Origin: an uncultured Gammaproteobacteria bacterium
Lineage (GTDB): Bacteria; Pseudomonadota; Gammaproteobacteria; Pseudomonadales; UBA5518
Assembly: GCA_903928015.1 (NCBI GenBank)
Contig: CAIYPF010000132.1
Location: forward strand, 5,138-69,137
Length of the DNA stretch: 64,000 nt
Direction of reading: 5' to 3'
Both the position numbers and the translations under genes were made by a program. This document shows positions 28,978-38,137 of this stretch, one piece after another. How positions within the stretch are numbered: the stretch's first letter is position 1; each line of letters opens with the position of its first letter. The notes beneath the pieces were generated by a model. That model was given only the letters and a program-made list of their open reading frames with translations, did no database searches and had not been told where the DNA came from.

Positions 28978-31623
28978 TCAGGGCGTGAGCGCTTCGGCTT
29001 CCCCGCCCGCCATGCAGGACTGCCGGAACGTGAGGAAAGCGCGATTGATCTCGTGCGGGAAGTGCTGCAGCTCCAGTGGCATCAGGTGCTCGTCCGCGCC
29101 GAGCTCCCGCAACCGGCGTGCGATGGCGCCTATGTCGAAGGCACACACGGAGAGGCCACCGAGCAAGCCGAGAGACAGCGTGTAGCTGTAGGTTTCGGGC
29201 CACAGCGAGGGCAGCCAAACGATGTGGGGCTCGAGCGCCGTGAGCCGCTCCAGCGATTCCTCCTCCAGATAGCGGCCGCTGATCGAGACGCCCGCCTGCC
29301 GCAGTTGTGTGTCGTTCATGCTGTAGCCCAGCAGGCAGAACTCTATCGGCAGGCGTTTCTCGCGCGCGTCCTTGGCGCAGGCGAGCAGCACGTTGTAGCC
29401 CTTCACCTTGCCGATGGCCCCGATCACAAGCACGCGCAGCGGCTCGTCAGGGCGCAGGCGCGGGCGAAGGATCTGCGACTGCTCCGGATTGAACTCCTCG
29501 TGCGGATCGACCGTGAAATCCACGCCGGGCAGATAACGTCCCAGCCGCTCCGCCACGTCTGCATCCGGAACGAAGACGCGGTCCGCCTGCTCGAGCAGGC
29601 CTGCGTTGGCCTCCCGCCATTCGCGGATGCTCTTCACGCCGTATTTGCTGCCGCGCACGGTCAGGCAGTTGTCGCAGCCGCGCTCGTCTGGCTCGCCGCA
29701 GTAACGGCCTTCGTCGTCAGCCAGGTTGATGCGCGGGCAGATCGCCTGGTAGTCGTGGACATCGACGTCCAGGCGGGCGCCGAGGGCTTGCGCCAGCGCT
29801 GCCAGCTGCGCGGGGGCCTGCATGTCGAAGTCCACCGTGCCATGGACGTGGATGCTGTCGATGCCGATCCCTCGCAGCGCCGTGGCCAGCGCCTGCGTAT
29901 CGGCGAGCGGGAAGTCGCCGATGTTGTGCCAGTGCATGCCGGAGGGCTCGCCCAGTCGCACCCGCCCGGCCTCGCCTCGCACCGGACGCAGGAAGAAGAC
30001 CCCGGTGTCCGAGGCGAGCATGCGGCGTGCCTCGTCGCGCAGATGGCGCTCCGCGCCGCCGCCGCGGCTGTGGTTCACCAGCAGCGTGTTGGATCCGCGC
30101 GATTTCCGCTGCAGCCGTGCCCAGTCGAGCCGGGCGCGCGCATCGTGCAGGGGGTCGGCAGCGATGAAATCACGCACGGCGGCGTGATAGCCGGGGTGAC
30201 GCAAGGACATCTGTTCCATCGCATCGGCCACGCGCTTCGCACGCTCGCCCTGGAAGGACACGCTGCCCAGGTGATGCACGAACACATCTGCCGCTACCAG
30301 GTTGTGCCAGCCCGCCGCGATCGCGCGCTGGCAGAGGTCGTTTTCCTCGCCGTAGCCGCGGCCGAACGCCTTTTCGTCGAAGAGTCCGATGCGCTCCAGG
30401 CAATCCCTGCGCAGGTACATGCAGAAGCCCACACCGGTCGGCACCTCCACCGCGATACCCGCGTTCACACTCGCTGCCAGCGCATCCAGTGCCGAGAAAG
30501 GCATCTCGAGCGGGAAGGGGTTGTCGTGGTTCGTGCGGGGATAGCTCGCGATGGTCGCGTTGTTCGAGAGCGGCGTTACGCTGGCCGTGAGCGGGTCCCG
30601 CTGCGCGCAGTCCCGGAGGCGGTCCAGCCAGTTCCCGTAGACCTCGGTATCGGCGTTCAGCAGCACCACGTCGCGGTCGGGATGCAGCCGCATGCCGCGG
30701 TTCGCGGTACCCACGAAGCCCAGATTCGCCTCGTTGCGCAGCAGCGTGCAGGCGCCGCGCGCGGCGAGTTCCTGCAAGGCGAGTGAGAGTTCCGCGTCGG
30801 GGGATGCGTCGTCCACCACCACCAGTTCGAAGGGCGTGTCGTTCAGGGCGCCGAGCACGCTGCGAATGCAGCGCAGGGTTTCATTGCGGCCCTTGTAGAC
30901 GGGAATGACCACGTCCACCTGTGGGGGGGCTGCCTTCTGCAGGGCCTGGAGTTCGTGCCAGTCGGCGGGGACTTCCTCGGGAACGTAGTGCGCCTGGGTT
31001 GCGCCGCCTGCATCGCCTTCCTCGACGATGGGCCGCCCTTCGAGCCGCCCGCGCGATACGTAGTGCAGCAGCGGATCGAGGCCCGAAACAGCCACGTCGG
31101 GATTGGACCGCAGGTAGAAGGCCGCGTCGAACTGCCGGCAGGGAGAGCGCCCGGCGGCTCCGCCCACGCGCAGATAATGCGTCAGCGGGTCGTCACCTGA
31201 GCGGGCAACGTCACGGTTTTGCGAGAGGTAGAAGCCCACGTCGAACCAGGGGCTTGGCGAGACACGGCGGAAGCGGCCCTCGTAGAGGTAATGGATCAGC
31301 GCGTTGTGCTTGCCTGTCCGGGAGCCCGCATGCTCACGATAGAACGAGGGATCGAAGAAAGGCATCGGTTGCCGGCCTTCGCGGTCGCCGAAACGCACGT
31401 AATGCAGCAGGGCATCGTTGCCCGACTCGCAGACGTCGGCGTTCACATCGAGGTACCAGTCGGCGTCGAAGAGCCCGCTTCGGCGGATCAGTCGCGCGAT
31501 GCGCAACGCGTGCAGGCGCTGCAGGCGCAGAACGGCCGCTATGCGCCGCTCCGCGGTAAGGGAGCCGAGCCGGAGCCGGCCGCCGAGGATGCGCAGCTTT
31601 TTCCGGAGGGCCGGTGTCTTCAC
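28978..31623 (-). CDS. multidomain glycosyltransferase: four N-terminal ~37-aa repeats + GT2 domain + C-terminal GT4/GT1-like domain with a Cys cluster
   Basis: The GT2 core is VDVVIPVYKGRNETLRCIRSVL...ELVVVDDASPD...NLGFVGTANRG. The C-terminal Rossmann-like half carries HDYQAICPR...YCGEPDERGCDNC. It overlaps the kpsD stop by 4 nt. Confidence 0.85.
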   Translation of the reverse strand: MKTPALRKKLRILGGRLRLGSLTAERRIAAVLRLQRLHALRIARLIRRSGLFDADWYLDVNADVCESGNDALLHYVRFGDREGRQPMPFFDPSFYREHAGSRTGKHNALIHYLYEGRFRRVSPSPWFDVGFYLSQNRDVARSGDDPLTHYLRVGGAAGRSPCRQFDAAFYLRSNPDVAVSGLDPLLHYVSRGRLEGRPIVEEGDAGGATQAHYVPEEVPADWHELQALQKAAPPQVDVVIPVYKGRNETLRCIRSVLGALNDTPFELVVVDDASPDAELSLALQELAARGACTLLRNEANLGFVGTANRGMRLHPDRDVVLLNADTEVYGNWLDRLRDCAQRDPLTASVTPLSNNATIASYPRTNHDNPFPLEMPFSALDALAASVNAGIAVEVPTGVGFCMYLRRDCLERIGLFDEKAFGRGYGEENDLCQRAIAAGWHNLVAADVFVHHLGSVSFQGERAKRVADAMEQMSLRHPGYHAAVRDFIAADPLHDARARLDWARLQRKSRGSNTLLVNHSRGGGAERHLRDEARRMLASDTGVFFLRPVRGEAGRVRLGEPSGMHWHNIGDFPLADTQALATALRGIGIDSIHVHGTVDFDMQAPAQLAALAQALGARLDVDVHDYQAICPRINLADDEGRYCGEPDERGCDNCLTVRGSKYGVKSIREWREANAGLLEQADRVFVPDADVAERLGRYLPGVDFTVDPHEEFNPEQSQILRPRLRPDEPLRVLVIGAIGKVKGYNVLLACAKDAREKRLPIEFCLLGYSMNDTQLRQAGVSISGRYLEEESLERLTALEPHIVWLPSLWPETYSYTLSLGLLGGLSVCAFDIGAIARRLRELGADEHLMPLELQHFPHEINRAFLTFRQSCMAGGEAEALTP
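31030..31470 (-). repeat. four tandem protein-level repeats (FDxxFYLxxNxDVxxSGxDPLxHYxxxGxxEGRxP) at the N-terminus of the 881-aa glycosyltransferase
   Basis: The four copies are aa 52-87 FDADWYLDVNADVCESGNDALLHYVRFGDREGRQP, aa 89-123, aa 126-161 WFDVGFYLSQNRDVARSGDDPLTHYLRVGGAAGRSP, and aa 165-198 FDAAFYLRSNPDVAVSGLDPLLHYVSRGRLEGRP. Confidence 0.6.
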
Positions 31624-33257
31624 AGATCCAGCACGACCTTGGCGGCGATGGCGACCTGGTAGAGGATCTGCGAGAGATCCTTCCAGATCTGCCGTGATTT
31701 CACGTCGATCTTGGGCAGCACCAGGATCTCGTCGCCGGGCCGTACCTCGGGCACTGCCTGGGCGCGGTGGAACATCCCGGTGGAACTGCTGCTCGCGTCC
31801 TCGAAGCTGCCGTCGCGGTGTGCCACGACGATGCGTGCCACGTCTGCGTTCTGCGTGTAACCGCCGGCGCTCTTCACGTAGTCCTCGAGCCCGAGTTCGT
31901 CATCGAATGCGATGGCGTTGGGGAACAGCACTTCGCCGCTCACGAGAACGAGCCCGTCGCGGGTGGGGATGCGCAGCAGGTCGCCGTTTTCGAGCAGCAG
32001 TTCGTCACGCTGCCTCGCGTTGGCGATCTGTACCTGTCCTAGCGGCTCGATGTTGCGGGCGCGATCGACCCACTGGAGCAGGAGGTCGGCTTCCTGCTTG
32101 CGCAGCAGGGCCTCGTCGCTGGTGCCGGAACGCGCCGTGAGCGCCGCGGTCTCGAGGCTCTTCAGCGCCGTGCGCAGCATCGCGCGCTGACGCTCCTTCA
32201 CGCTCAGGCGGAAGAGCTGGATGCTTTGCTGGTCGGAACGATCGGAATAATTGATCCGGCTGATCAGCTCGCCGAGCCTCGCGCCGTAGGGCAGGACGTA
32301 TTCCTGCGGACTCTGGTGTTCGCCCTCGACGCGCACCGTGATCGTGCCGGGCTTCTTGTCTGCCGTGAACACGATCTCGTCGCCGTCGGAGAGCACGATG
32401 TTCGGCGCCTCGTCGAGCGGGTAGTACTCGACATTGCTGATGTTGCCGGTGTTGCGCACCACCCTCACGTGGGTGGTTTGCGGCAGCGGCTTGGCCAGCC
32501 TGCCGAGATCCGAGACGGTGAAGGTGGGCGTGGAGAACTCGAATCTCTTGGCGTTCTGCGCCAGCCCGCTCACCTTGAGCGTGTTGCGGCGCGGGGAAAC
32601 GAAAATCACGTCGCCGTCGGCGAGTTGCACCAGCGGCATGCGGCCGTCGAGCAGGAATTCGTAGAGGCTCACCTCGGCGCGTACGCTCGCGCCGCGCTTC
32701 ACCTGCACACCCAGGAAAGAACCCCGGTCGAGGTCGATGCCGCCGGCCTGGTCGAGGTAGTGGAGCAGGCTGTCCATGCTGGTGCCGTTGTACAGGCCCG
32801 GGCGGTTCACGAAGCCGCTCACGAAGATGCGCACGGGCTGCGCGGCCGCGAGGCTCGCGTAGCTGTAGACGTTGGCCCGGTAGACCTGCGCCACGGCGGA
32901 CTCCACCACCCTCTGTATGTCCTGGTTGCGCACGCCGAGCAGTTGCACCGGGCCCACGTGCGGGAGGAAGACGTTGCCCTTGGGATCCACGACGAGTGCC
33001 GAATCGAACTCGTAGCCTCCCCAGAGCCGCACCTGTATGCGGTCGCCCACTGCCACCAGGTAATCGGGATTGAACTGCGTGGCGCCGTCGCGCGCGAAAG
33101 TGCCGGTGAAGAGTTGCGCGCCGAAGACAGTGCTCTTCAGGTTCGCCGCGTAGTCGATGGCTGGCGGCGTGCCCGGCAGCATCGTGGTGGCAGGGTCGTC
33201 GGCGAGCAATGGGCCAGCCAGGAACAGCATCAGCGCAAGTATCAGGCGGCGTGACAT
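31620..33257 (-). CDS. kpsD: capsule polysaccharide export protein KpsD (OPX/Wza-family periplasmic-outer membrane component)
   Basis: It is colinear with E. coli KpsD: FGAQLFTGTF...FNPDYLVAVGDRIQVRLWGGYEFD...VDPKGNVFLPHVGPV. The C-terminus ILYQVAIAAKVVLDL also matches. Confidence 0.9.
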   Translation of the reverse strand: MSRRLILALMLFLAGPLLADDPATTMLPGTPPAIDYAANLKSTVFGAQLFTGTFARDGATQFNPDYLVAVGDRIQVRLWGGYEFDSALVVDPKGNVFLPHVGPVQLLGVRNQDIQRVVESAVAQVYRANVYSYASLAAAQPVRIFVSGFVNRPGLYNGTSMDSLLHYLDQAGGIDLDRGSFLGVQVKRGASVRAEVSLYEFLLDGRMPLVQLADGDVIFVSPRRNTLKVSGLAQNAKRFEFSTPTFTVSDLGRLAKPLPQTTHVRVVRNTGNISNVEYYPLDEAPNIVLSDGDEIVFTADKKPGTITVRVEGEHQSPQEYVLPYGARLGELISRINYSDRSDQQSIQLFRLSVKERQRAMLRTALKSLETAALTARSGTSDEALLRKQEADLLLQWVDRARNIEPLGQVQIANARQRDELLLENGDLLRIPTRDGLVLVSGEVLFPNAIAFDDELGLEDYVKSAGGYTQNADVARIVVAHRDGSFEDASSSSTGMFHRAQAVPEVRPGDEILVLPKIDVKSRQIWKDLSQILYQVAIAAKVVLDL

Positions 33258-33261
33258 GCGT

Positions 33262-34422
33262 TCAGTCTCTGTGGTCGCGGATGATGATGACGATCAGGTT
33301 GACCAGGCCCGCGAGCAGCAGGCTGACGATCAGGAAAACGACCGCGTTGTAGATGCGTCGCGGTTCGAGCGGGTATTCGGGGAGGTTCGGCGACTGCAGC
33401 ACCGAGACTTTTCTGAGCGCCCGCGTGGCCTCGATGCGTCCGTGCTCGAGGGCGGTGAGCGCGGTCTTGTAGAGGTCCTGAGCGAACTCGGATTTGAGTT
33501 GCAGCGCCTGGAACTCCTCGACGGTGCGGTTCAGCGTGTCACCCTCGGGCGAGGCAAGGCGCTTGCGCTCGCGCTCTATCTGCTGCTCGGTTCCCGCGAT
33601 ATGAAGCTCGATCTCCTTCACGCCGGGACTGTCCGGCATCAGGTAGCCCAGCATGGCGTTGCGACGGGTCTGGAGGTCCGTGAGTTCGGATTCCAGCTTT
33701 CCGATGATGTTCTCGAGGTTCTGCGCGGTTCCGGCGGGAGAGACCAGCCCCTTCGCGTTCTGGAAGGCGAGGAGTGCCTGGCGCGCGGCCATGGCGCGTT
33801 CGTTCAGGTCGCCGACCTGTCGCTCGAGGAACGCCACTTGCTCGGCGGCCAGCGCGTGGGCGATGTCGTTCATGTGGCTCTCGCCTTCCTCGACCATCAT
33901 CGTGGTGATGGCGCGGGCGGTTTCCGGGTCGTAGGCCTGTGCTTTCACCACGAGAATGCCGGTGAATTCGTCTACTTCGACGCTGACCCGGCTGAGGAAG
34001 TGTTTGTGGAATTTCTCGATGGGCGTGTCATGGAACCACATGCGCGAGAGCGGGTCGCGGCGCCAGTTGCTGTAGTGGCCGCGCAGGTCGAGTTTGGCGT
34101 CGAGGGCCTTCAGCATGTCGATCGACAGCAGGTGGTCGCGCAGCAGCATCTGGTCGCCGTTCATTCCGGGTATCCCCCCGAGGAACGAGACGTTGGGCAT
34201 GTCGGCGCTGGCGAGGCTCGTGCGCTCGATGATGACGTGGGCTTCGGATACGTAGCGGTCGGATGCGATCAGCGACCAGTACAGGGCCGACAGCAGTGCG
34301 AACCCCAAGGCCGCGCTGAAGACCGTGCCCTGGATGCGGGATGGAGCGAGCAGCCTGCGGGCGGAATCGGCGAGGCGCTGGAGGCCTGGCGACTGCGACA
34401 GGGCGGGTCGGGGCGTGTTCAT
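33262..34422 (-). CDS. kpsE: capsule export inner-membrane protein KpsE (PCP-3 family)
   Basis: 386 aa. It has an N-terminal TM helix followed by SDRYVSEAHVIIE, a long coiled periplasmic region, and a C-terminal TM helix (VVFLIVSLLLAGLVNLIVIII). Its position between kpsT and kpsD supports the call. Confidence 0.85.
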   Translation of the reverse strand: MNTPRPALSQSPGLQRLADSARRLLAPSRIQGTVFSAALGFALLSALYWSLIASDRYVSEAHVIIERTSLASADMPNVSFLGGIPGMNGDQMLLRDHLLSIDMLKALDAKLDLRGHYSNWRRDPLSRMWFHDTPIEKFHKHFLSRVSVEVDEFTGILVVKAQAYDPETARAITTMMVEEGESHMNDIAHALAAEQVAFLERQVGDLNERAMAARQALLAFQNAKGLVSPAGTAQNLENIIGKLESELTDLQTRRNAMLGYLMPDSPGVKEIELHIAGTEQQIERERKRLASPEGDTLNRTVEEFQALQLKSEFAQDLYKTALTALEHGRIEATRALRKVSVLQSPNLPEYPLEPRRIYNAVVFLIVSLLLAGLVNLIVIIIRDHRD

Positions 34423-35084
34423 GCGGCGATGCTTTCCTTGTAGGCGTCGAGCGCGTCGGAGATGTCGTCGAACCAGGTCGCGGTGCCGCCATCGAGCAGG
34501 ATGCCGGACTTGCAGAACGCACGGAGCGTCTCTTCGCCGTGCGAGACCATGATGATTCCCGAGCGGTCGACCAGCTTGCGGAAAGCCTTTGCTGCCTTCG
34601 CGCGGAAGGATGCGTCGCCCGCGCCCGTGACCTCGTCGGAGATGTAGACGTCGAAGTCGAAGGCAAGCGACATCGCAAACTGCAGCCTTGAGCGCATGCC
34701 CGAGGAATAGGTGTTGATGGGCTGCTCGAAGGAGCGGCCTATCGCGGCGAAATCGCGGATCTGCTCTATGCGATCCTCCATGTCGTCTTCGTGCCCGTAG
34801 AGACGGCAGACGAATTTGGAGTTCTGCCGGCCCGTGAGCGAGTTCTGCAGTCCGCCGCCGCGAGCCATGGGCCAGGAGACGCGACAGCGGCGCTCGACGC
34901 GCCCGCGCGTGGGTTCGTCGATGCCGCCGATCAGGCGCAGCAGCGTGGACTTGCCCGCTCCGTTGCGGCCGATCAGGCCCACGTTGGTGCGTGCCGGGAT
35001 CGTGAGGTTGACGCCATTGAGTACCCAGGGCCCGGGCCCATGGTTGGTGGCGTAACGTTTGTAGACGTCTTCGATGATGATCAT
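34419..35084 (-). CDS. kpsT: capsule export ABC transporter ATP-binding protein KpsT
   Basis: 221 aa. GRNGAGKSTLLRLIGGI...SWPMARGGGLQNSLTGRQNSKFVCRLYG...YSSGMRSRLQFAMSLAFDFDVYISDE closely parallels E. coli KpsT. Confidence 0.9.
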   Translation of the reverse strand: MIIIEDVYKRYATNHGPGPWVLNGVNLTIPARTNVGLIGRNGAGKSTLLRLIGGIDEPTRGRVERRCRVSWPMARGGGLQNSLTGRQNSKFVCRLYGHEDDMEDRIEQIRDFAAIGRSFEQPINTYSSGMRSRLQFAMSLAFDFDVYISDEVTGAGDASFRAKAAKAFRKLVDRSGIIMVSHGEETLRAFCKSGILLDGGTATWFDDISDALDAYKESIAA

Positions 35085-35914
35085 TCGCTCACCAGTCGTT
35101 TGGCGAACACCACCTGCAGCGCCAGTCCCAGCACCAGCAGTCCGAGCGCCCAGGCGTGGAGGTAGTTCATGTCAACGCCCGGGATCTCGTGGTAGTAGGG
35201 GGCGAAGGCGAGGCGCAGCGAGTCGAGCCCATGGACCAGCGGGTTCAGGACCAGCCAGTCGCGGTAGGGTGGCGGTATGGCGGCGACCGGGAACATCACG
35301 CCCGAGAGCAGGTAGAGCGGCTGCATCACCATGCTGAGCACCTTTGCCGATTCCGGCACCATCTCGATGAAGGCAGAGGCCGCCGCACCGAAGCCGAGCC
35401 CGATCAGCCACAGGCTGAACAGGCAGTCGAGCACCTTCAGAGGCTCTGCAGGGGTCACGTGGATGCCGAACATCCATGCCCCCGCCAGCAGCAGCACTGC
35501 CACCACCAGCATGATCACGGCCTCCAGCGCCGCCCTGACCAGCACCGTATCCACCGGCAGAACTTGCCGGTAGACGAAGAGCGCGGTGTTGGCGTTGATG
35601 GCGCGCATCGCCTGGCTGCTCGCGTGCTGGAACATGAAATAGCCGATCAGGCCGAGCATGATCCAGAGCGGGGTATCTATGCCACCCACGTGACGCATGC
35701 GGATCACGGAGAACATCACCATCAGGTAGGAGATGTGGAACACCGGGTCGAGCAGCAGCCAGAACCAGCCGGCGCGCTCGCCGAAGAGCCGTCCCGCCGC
35801 TTCCCGCAGGAACAACGCCTTCCAGACCGCAAGCGTCACGGCGAGGGGGCTGCGCGGAATGGAGGGGATGGGATCTGCTATGGACACGTCCGGGCCGTTT
35901 GCTGCGAGGGCCAA
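35081..35914 (-). CDS. kpsM: capsule export ABC-2 permease KpsM
   Basis: VWKALFLREAAGRLFGERAGWFWLLLDP parallels KpsM (EALFLREIRTRFGK..LGYLWAILEP). It has six hydrophobic helices and a C-terminal WNPLVH motif. It overlaps the kpsT start by 4 nt. Confidence 0.85.
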   Translation of the reverse strand: MALAANGPDVSIADPIPSIPRSPLAVTLAVWKALFLREAAGRLFGERAGWFWLLLDPVFHISYLMVMFSVIRMRHVGGIDTPLWIMLGLIGYFMFQHASSQAMRAINANTALFVYRQVLPVDTVLVRAALEAVIMLVVAVLLLAGAWMFGIHVTPAEPLKVLDCLFSLWLIGLGFGAAASAFIEMVPESAKVLSMVMQPLYLLSGVMFPVAAIPPPYRDWLVLNPLVHGLDSLRLAFAPYYHEIPGVDMNYLHAWALGLLVLGLALQVVFAKRLVSE

Positions 35915-36026
35915 GGGGCGCCCGCATCATAACTGCTGCGTGGAACTGCGTTAAGCTCCGGCTGCCCGGCTCAAGGCCCGGACGGTCGCGCGGGTTCAAC
36001 GGATGTAATGCCTGAGGAGGTTTGTC

Positions 36027-36866
36027 GTGTCGGACGCCGACAGATTGGTGATCATCCACAATCACCTCTTCAAGAATGCCGGGACCACCATCGACTGGGC
36101 GCTTGCCAGGGAGCTCGGTTCCGCCTTCGTCGATCACCGTGATGACGCCGACATGCGCCAGGGCGCCGGGTATCTGGGCCCCTATCTGCTCGATAATCCG
36201 GGCGTTTCAGCCCTTTCCACGCATCATCTGTCCCTGCCTCTGCCGGAACTCGCCGGTCTGCGCTTGGCCATGATCATGATGTTCCGCCATCCGGTGGAAC
36301 GCGTGACCTCGGTCTACGAGTTCGAGCGCAAGCAGGAAGGTTCGCAGACGCCCGGTGCTCTCAAAGCCCGCGAATCGAGTTGCAGCGATTACGTTGCCTG
36401 GCGCCTCGAGCCCGGCGTGGGCGCCACCATCCGCAATTTCCAAGTCCGCAAATGCCTGCCGCCGCGCAAGGGTCTGCCCGACAGGCCTGCTGCGGCAGAG
36501 GTGGAGCGGGCGCTCGATGTTGCCCGCTCGGTGGAGATGCTCGGCCTGGTGGAACGCTTCGACGAGAGCATGGTGCTGTTCGAGGAAGCTCTCCGTCCGC
36601 ACTTCCCGGGCATCGACCTCTCGCATGTGCCTCAGAACGTGGGGCAATCCTCGTCGGTATCCGGTGCGCAGCGTGCGCTCAGGCTTCGCGAGACGATCGG
36701 CGACACACTGTATGCGCGACTCGAAGAAGAGAACGCGCCGGATCTGCAGCTGCACGCAGGAGTGGTGGAGGAGTTCGGGCGTCGCTTCGCGGCGCTGCCG
36801 GAGGCCTCTGCCCGGCTCGCGGAGTTCCGCGCCCGCTGCGAGAGACGCCGTAACGCCGGGGGCTGA
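36027..36866 (+). CDS. sulfotransferase (family 2-like)
   Basis: The GTG at 36027 is preceded by gaggagg. The 5'-PSB-like loop is IIHNHLFKNAGTT and the 3'-PB-like motif is FRHPVERVTSVYEF. The latter parallels VRNPFTRAASTYNF in the ORF at 43628..44338. Confidence 0.7.
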   Translation: MSDADRLVIIHNHLFKNAGTTIDWALARELGSAFVDHRDDADMRQGAGYLGPYLLDNPGVSALSTHHLSLPLPELAGLRLAMIMMFRHPVERVTSVYEFERKQEGSQTPGALKARESSCSDYVAWRLEPGVGATIRNFQVRKCLPPRKGLPDRPAAAEVERALDVARSVEMLGLVERFDESMVLFEEALRPHFPGIDLSHVPQNVGQSSSVSGAQRALRLRETIGDTLYARLEEENAPDLQLHAGVVEEFGRRFAALPEASARLAEFRARCERRRNAGG

Positions 36867-36886
36867 TTCCCGGCGTCGCGGGGCTC

Positions 36887-38137
36887 TCAGCCCTCCAGCA
36901 GGGCAAGGTGCTCGGCGGTGGATTCCGCCACGGTGGGCGGGCGGCGGATGCCCGAAGCAAGTGTTTCCCAGAGCGTCGTCGAGCCGGCGCACTCGAGCAG
37001 AGTCTCTGCGAGGTGATGCGGATTGCCCACCTGGAAGTGGAGCCCGTCGATGCCGTGGCGCACTTTCTCGGCCATGCCGCCGATATTGGCGCAGATCACC
37101 GGGCGGCCGAAGACGAAGGCCTCCTGGATGATCATCGGGGAGTTCTCCCACCAGATCGAGGGCACGATCACCCAGTCGACACCGGCCATGCGTGAGGCCT
37201 GCTCGCCCGGCGCGTAAGGCCCGGCCCAGTGCAGCAGCCCCTGGCGGATCAGGGGCTCCGCGAGTTCCTTCAGATGTGCCTGCAGTTCCGGCGTCTGCTG
37301 TTCCAGGTGCGCACAGTTGATGTCGACCTGCACGCCTGCGCGGTTGCCACGTGGCAGCAGCGCCAGCGCCTTCAGCAGCACGTCGATGCCCTTGAAGGCA
37401 CTCACCTGCCCGAAGAAGCCGAAGCGCACACGCCCCGAGCCTTCGGCAAGCGGCCGCGGGGGCAGCGTTGCGGCATCCTCCTGGCCGTTTTCCAGCATCA
37501 CGATGCGGGCCGGGTCGAGGCCCCAGTCGATGTAGCGCTGGCGCAGGAACTCCGAGGGCGCCACGAAGCGGTCGACCAGCGCGAAGTACTCGCTGAAGCG
37601 CTGCTTGCGCATCCAGAAGCCCTCGGCGCTGGTCTCGGGGAAGCAGCGGTTGCAGTCGTCGAAGCCCGAACGGCGGCAGAGTTCGCCGGTGCGGGCCTTC
37701 ACCATCTGGCCGTTCTGGCGGCAGATCGCCATGTACTCGTGCAAGGTGAGGACGATGCGTATCGAGGGGTCCACGCGCTTGATCAGCGCCAGGAATTCGA
37801 GGCCGAGGTGTGCGTAGTGGTGAACATGCACCACGGTTGGCCGCAGCGCTCGCAGCAGTTCGGCAAAGCGTCCGGTCACGGAGTCGGTGTGCACGGCCGT
37901 CATCAGGTGCCAGTCGTGTACGGCCTGGTCCCAGAGGTACTCGTCTTCGCGCCGCAGGCTGATCTGCCCCGTGGGCCAGCCCTTGCGGCGGTCGACCCGG
38001 CCGAGGAACCACGCGGCCTCGACCTGCGGGTTCGCGCGGTAGCCCGTGAACAGTCGGTAGGCCGCGATCTCGCCGCCGCCCAGGCTGAAGTCGGGGTGTC
38101 CGTGGGACACCACCAGTATCCGCTGTGCGCCGCTCAT
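36887..38137 (-). CDS. GT4/GT1-family glycosyltransferase with an internal Cys cluster
   Basis: ILVVSHGHPDFSLGGGE...VHVHHYAHLG...HEYMAICRQ...LCRRSGFDDCNRC...EAFVFGRPVICANIGGMAEKV is a GT-B retaining-type layout. It overlaps the upstream GT2 gene by 4 nt. Confidence 0.85.
   Translation of the reverse strand: MSGAQRILVVSHGHPDFSLGGGEIAAYRLFTGYRANPQVEAAWFLGRVDRRKGWPTGQISLRREDEYLWDQAVHDWHLMTAVHTDSVTGRFAELLRALRPTVVHVHHYAHLGLEFLALIKRVDPSIRIVLTLHEYMAICRQNGQMVKARTGELCRRSGFDDCNRCFPETSAEGFWMRKQRFSEYFALVDRFVAPSEFLRQRYIDWGLDPARIVMLENGQEDAATLPPRPLAEGSGRVRFGFFGQVSAFKGIDVLLKALALLPRGNRAGVQVDINCAHLEQQTPELQAHLKELAEPLIRQGLLHWAGPYAPGEQASRMAGVDWVIVPSIWWENSPMIIQEAFVFGRPVICANIGGMAEKVRHGIDGLHFQVGNPHHLAETLLECAGSTTLWETLASGIRRPPTVAESTAEHLALLEG

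Noticed and set aside
28690-30786. 698-aa plus-strand ORF
   Set aside because: It is antisense to the 881-aa glycosyltransferase and runs out of the 3' end of the symporter gene. It has no motifs.
35915-36026. ops/JUMPStart (GGCGGTAG) antitermination element upstream of kpsM
   Set aside because: The motif is absent from the divergent spacer on either strand. The GGCGGTAG occurrences elsewhere (near 4213 and 16184) lie inside coding sequence.
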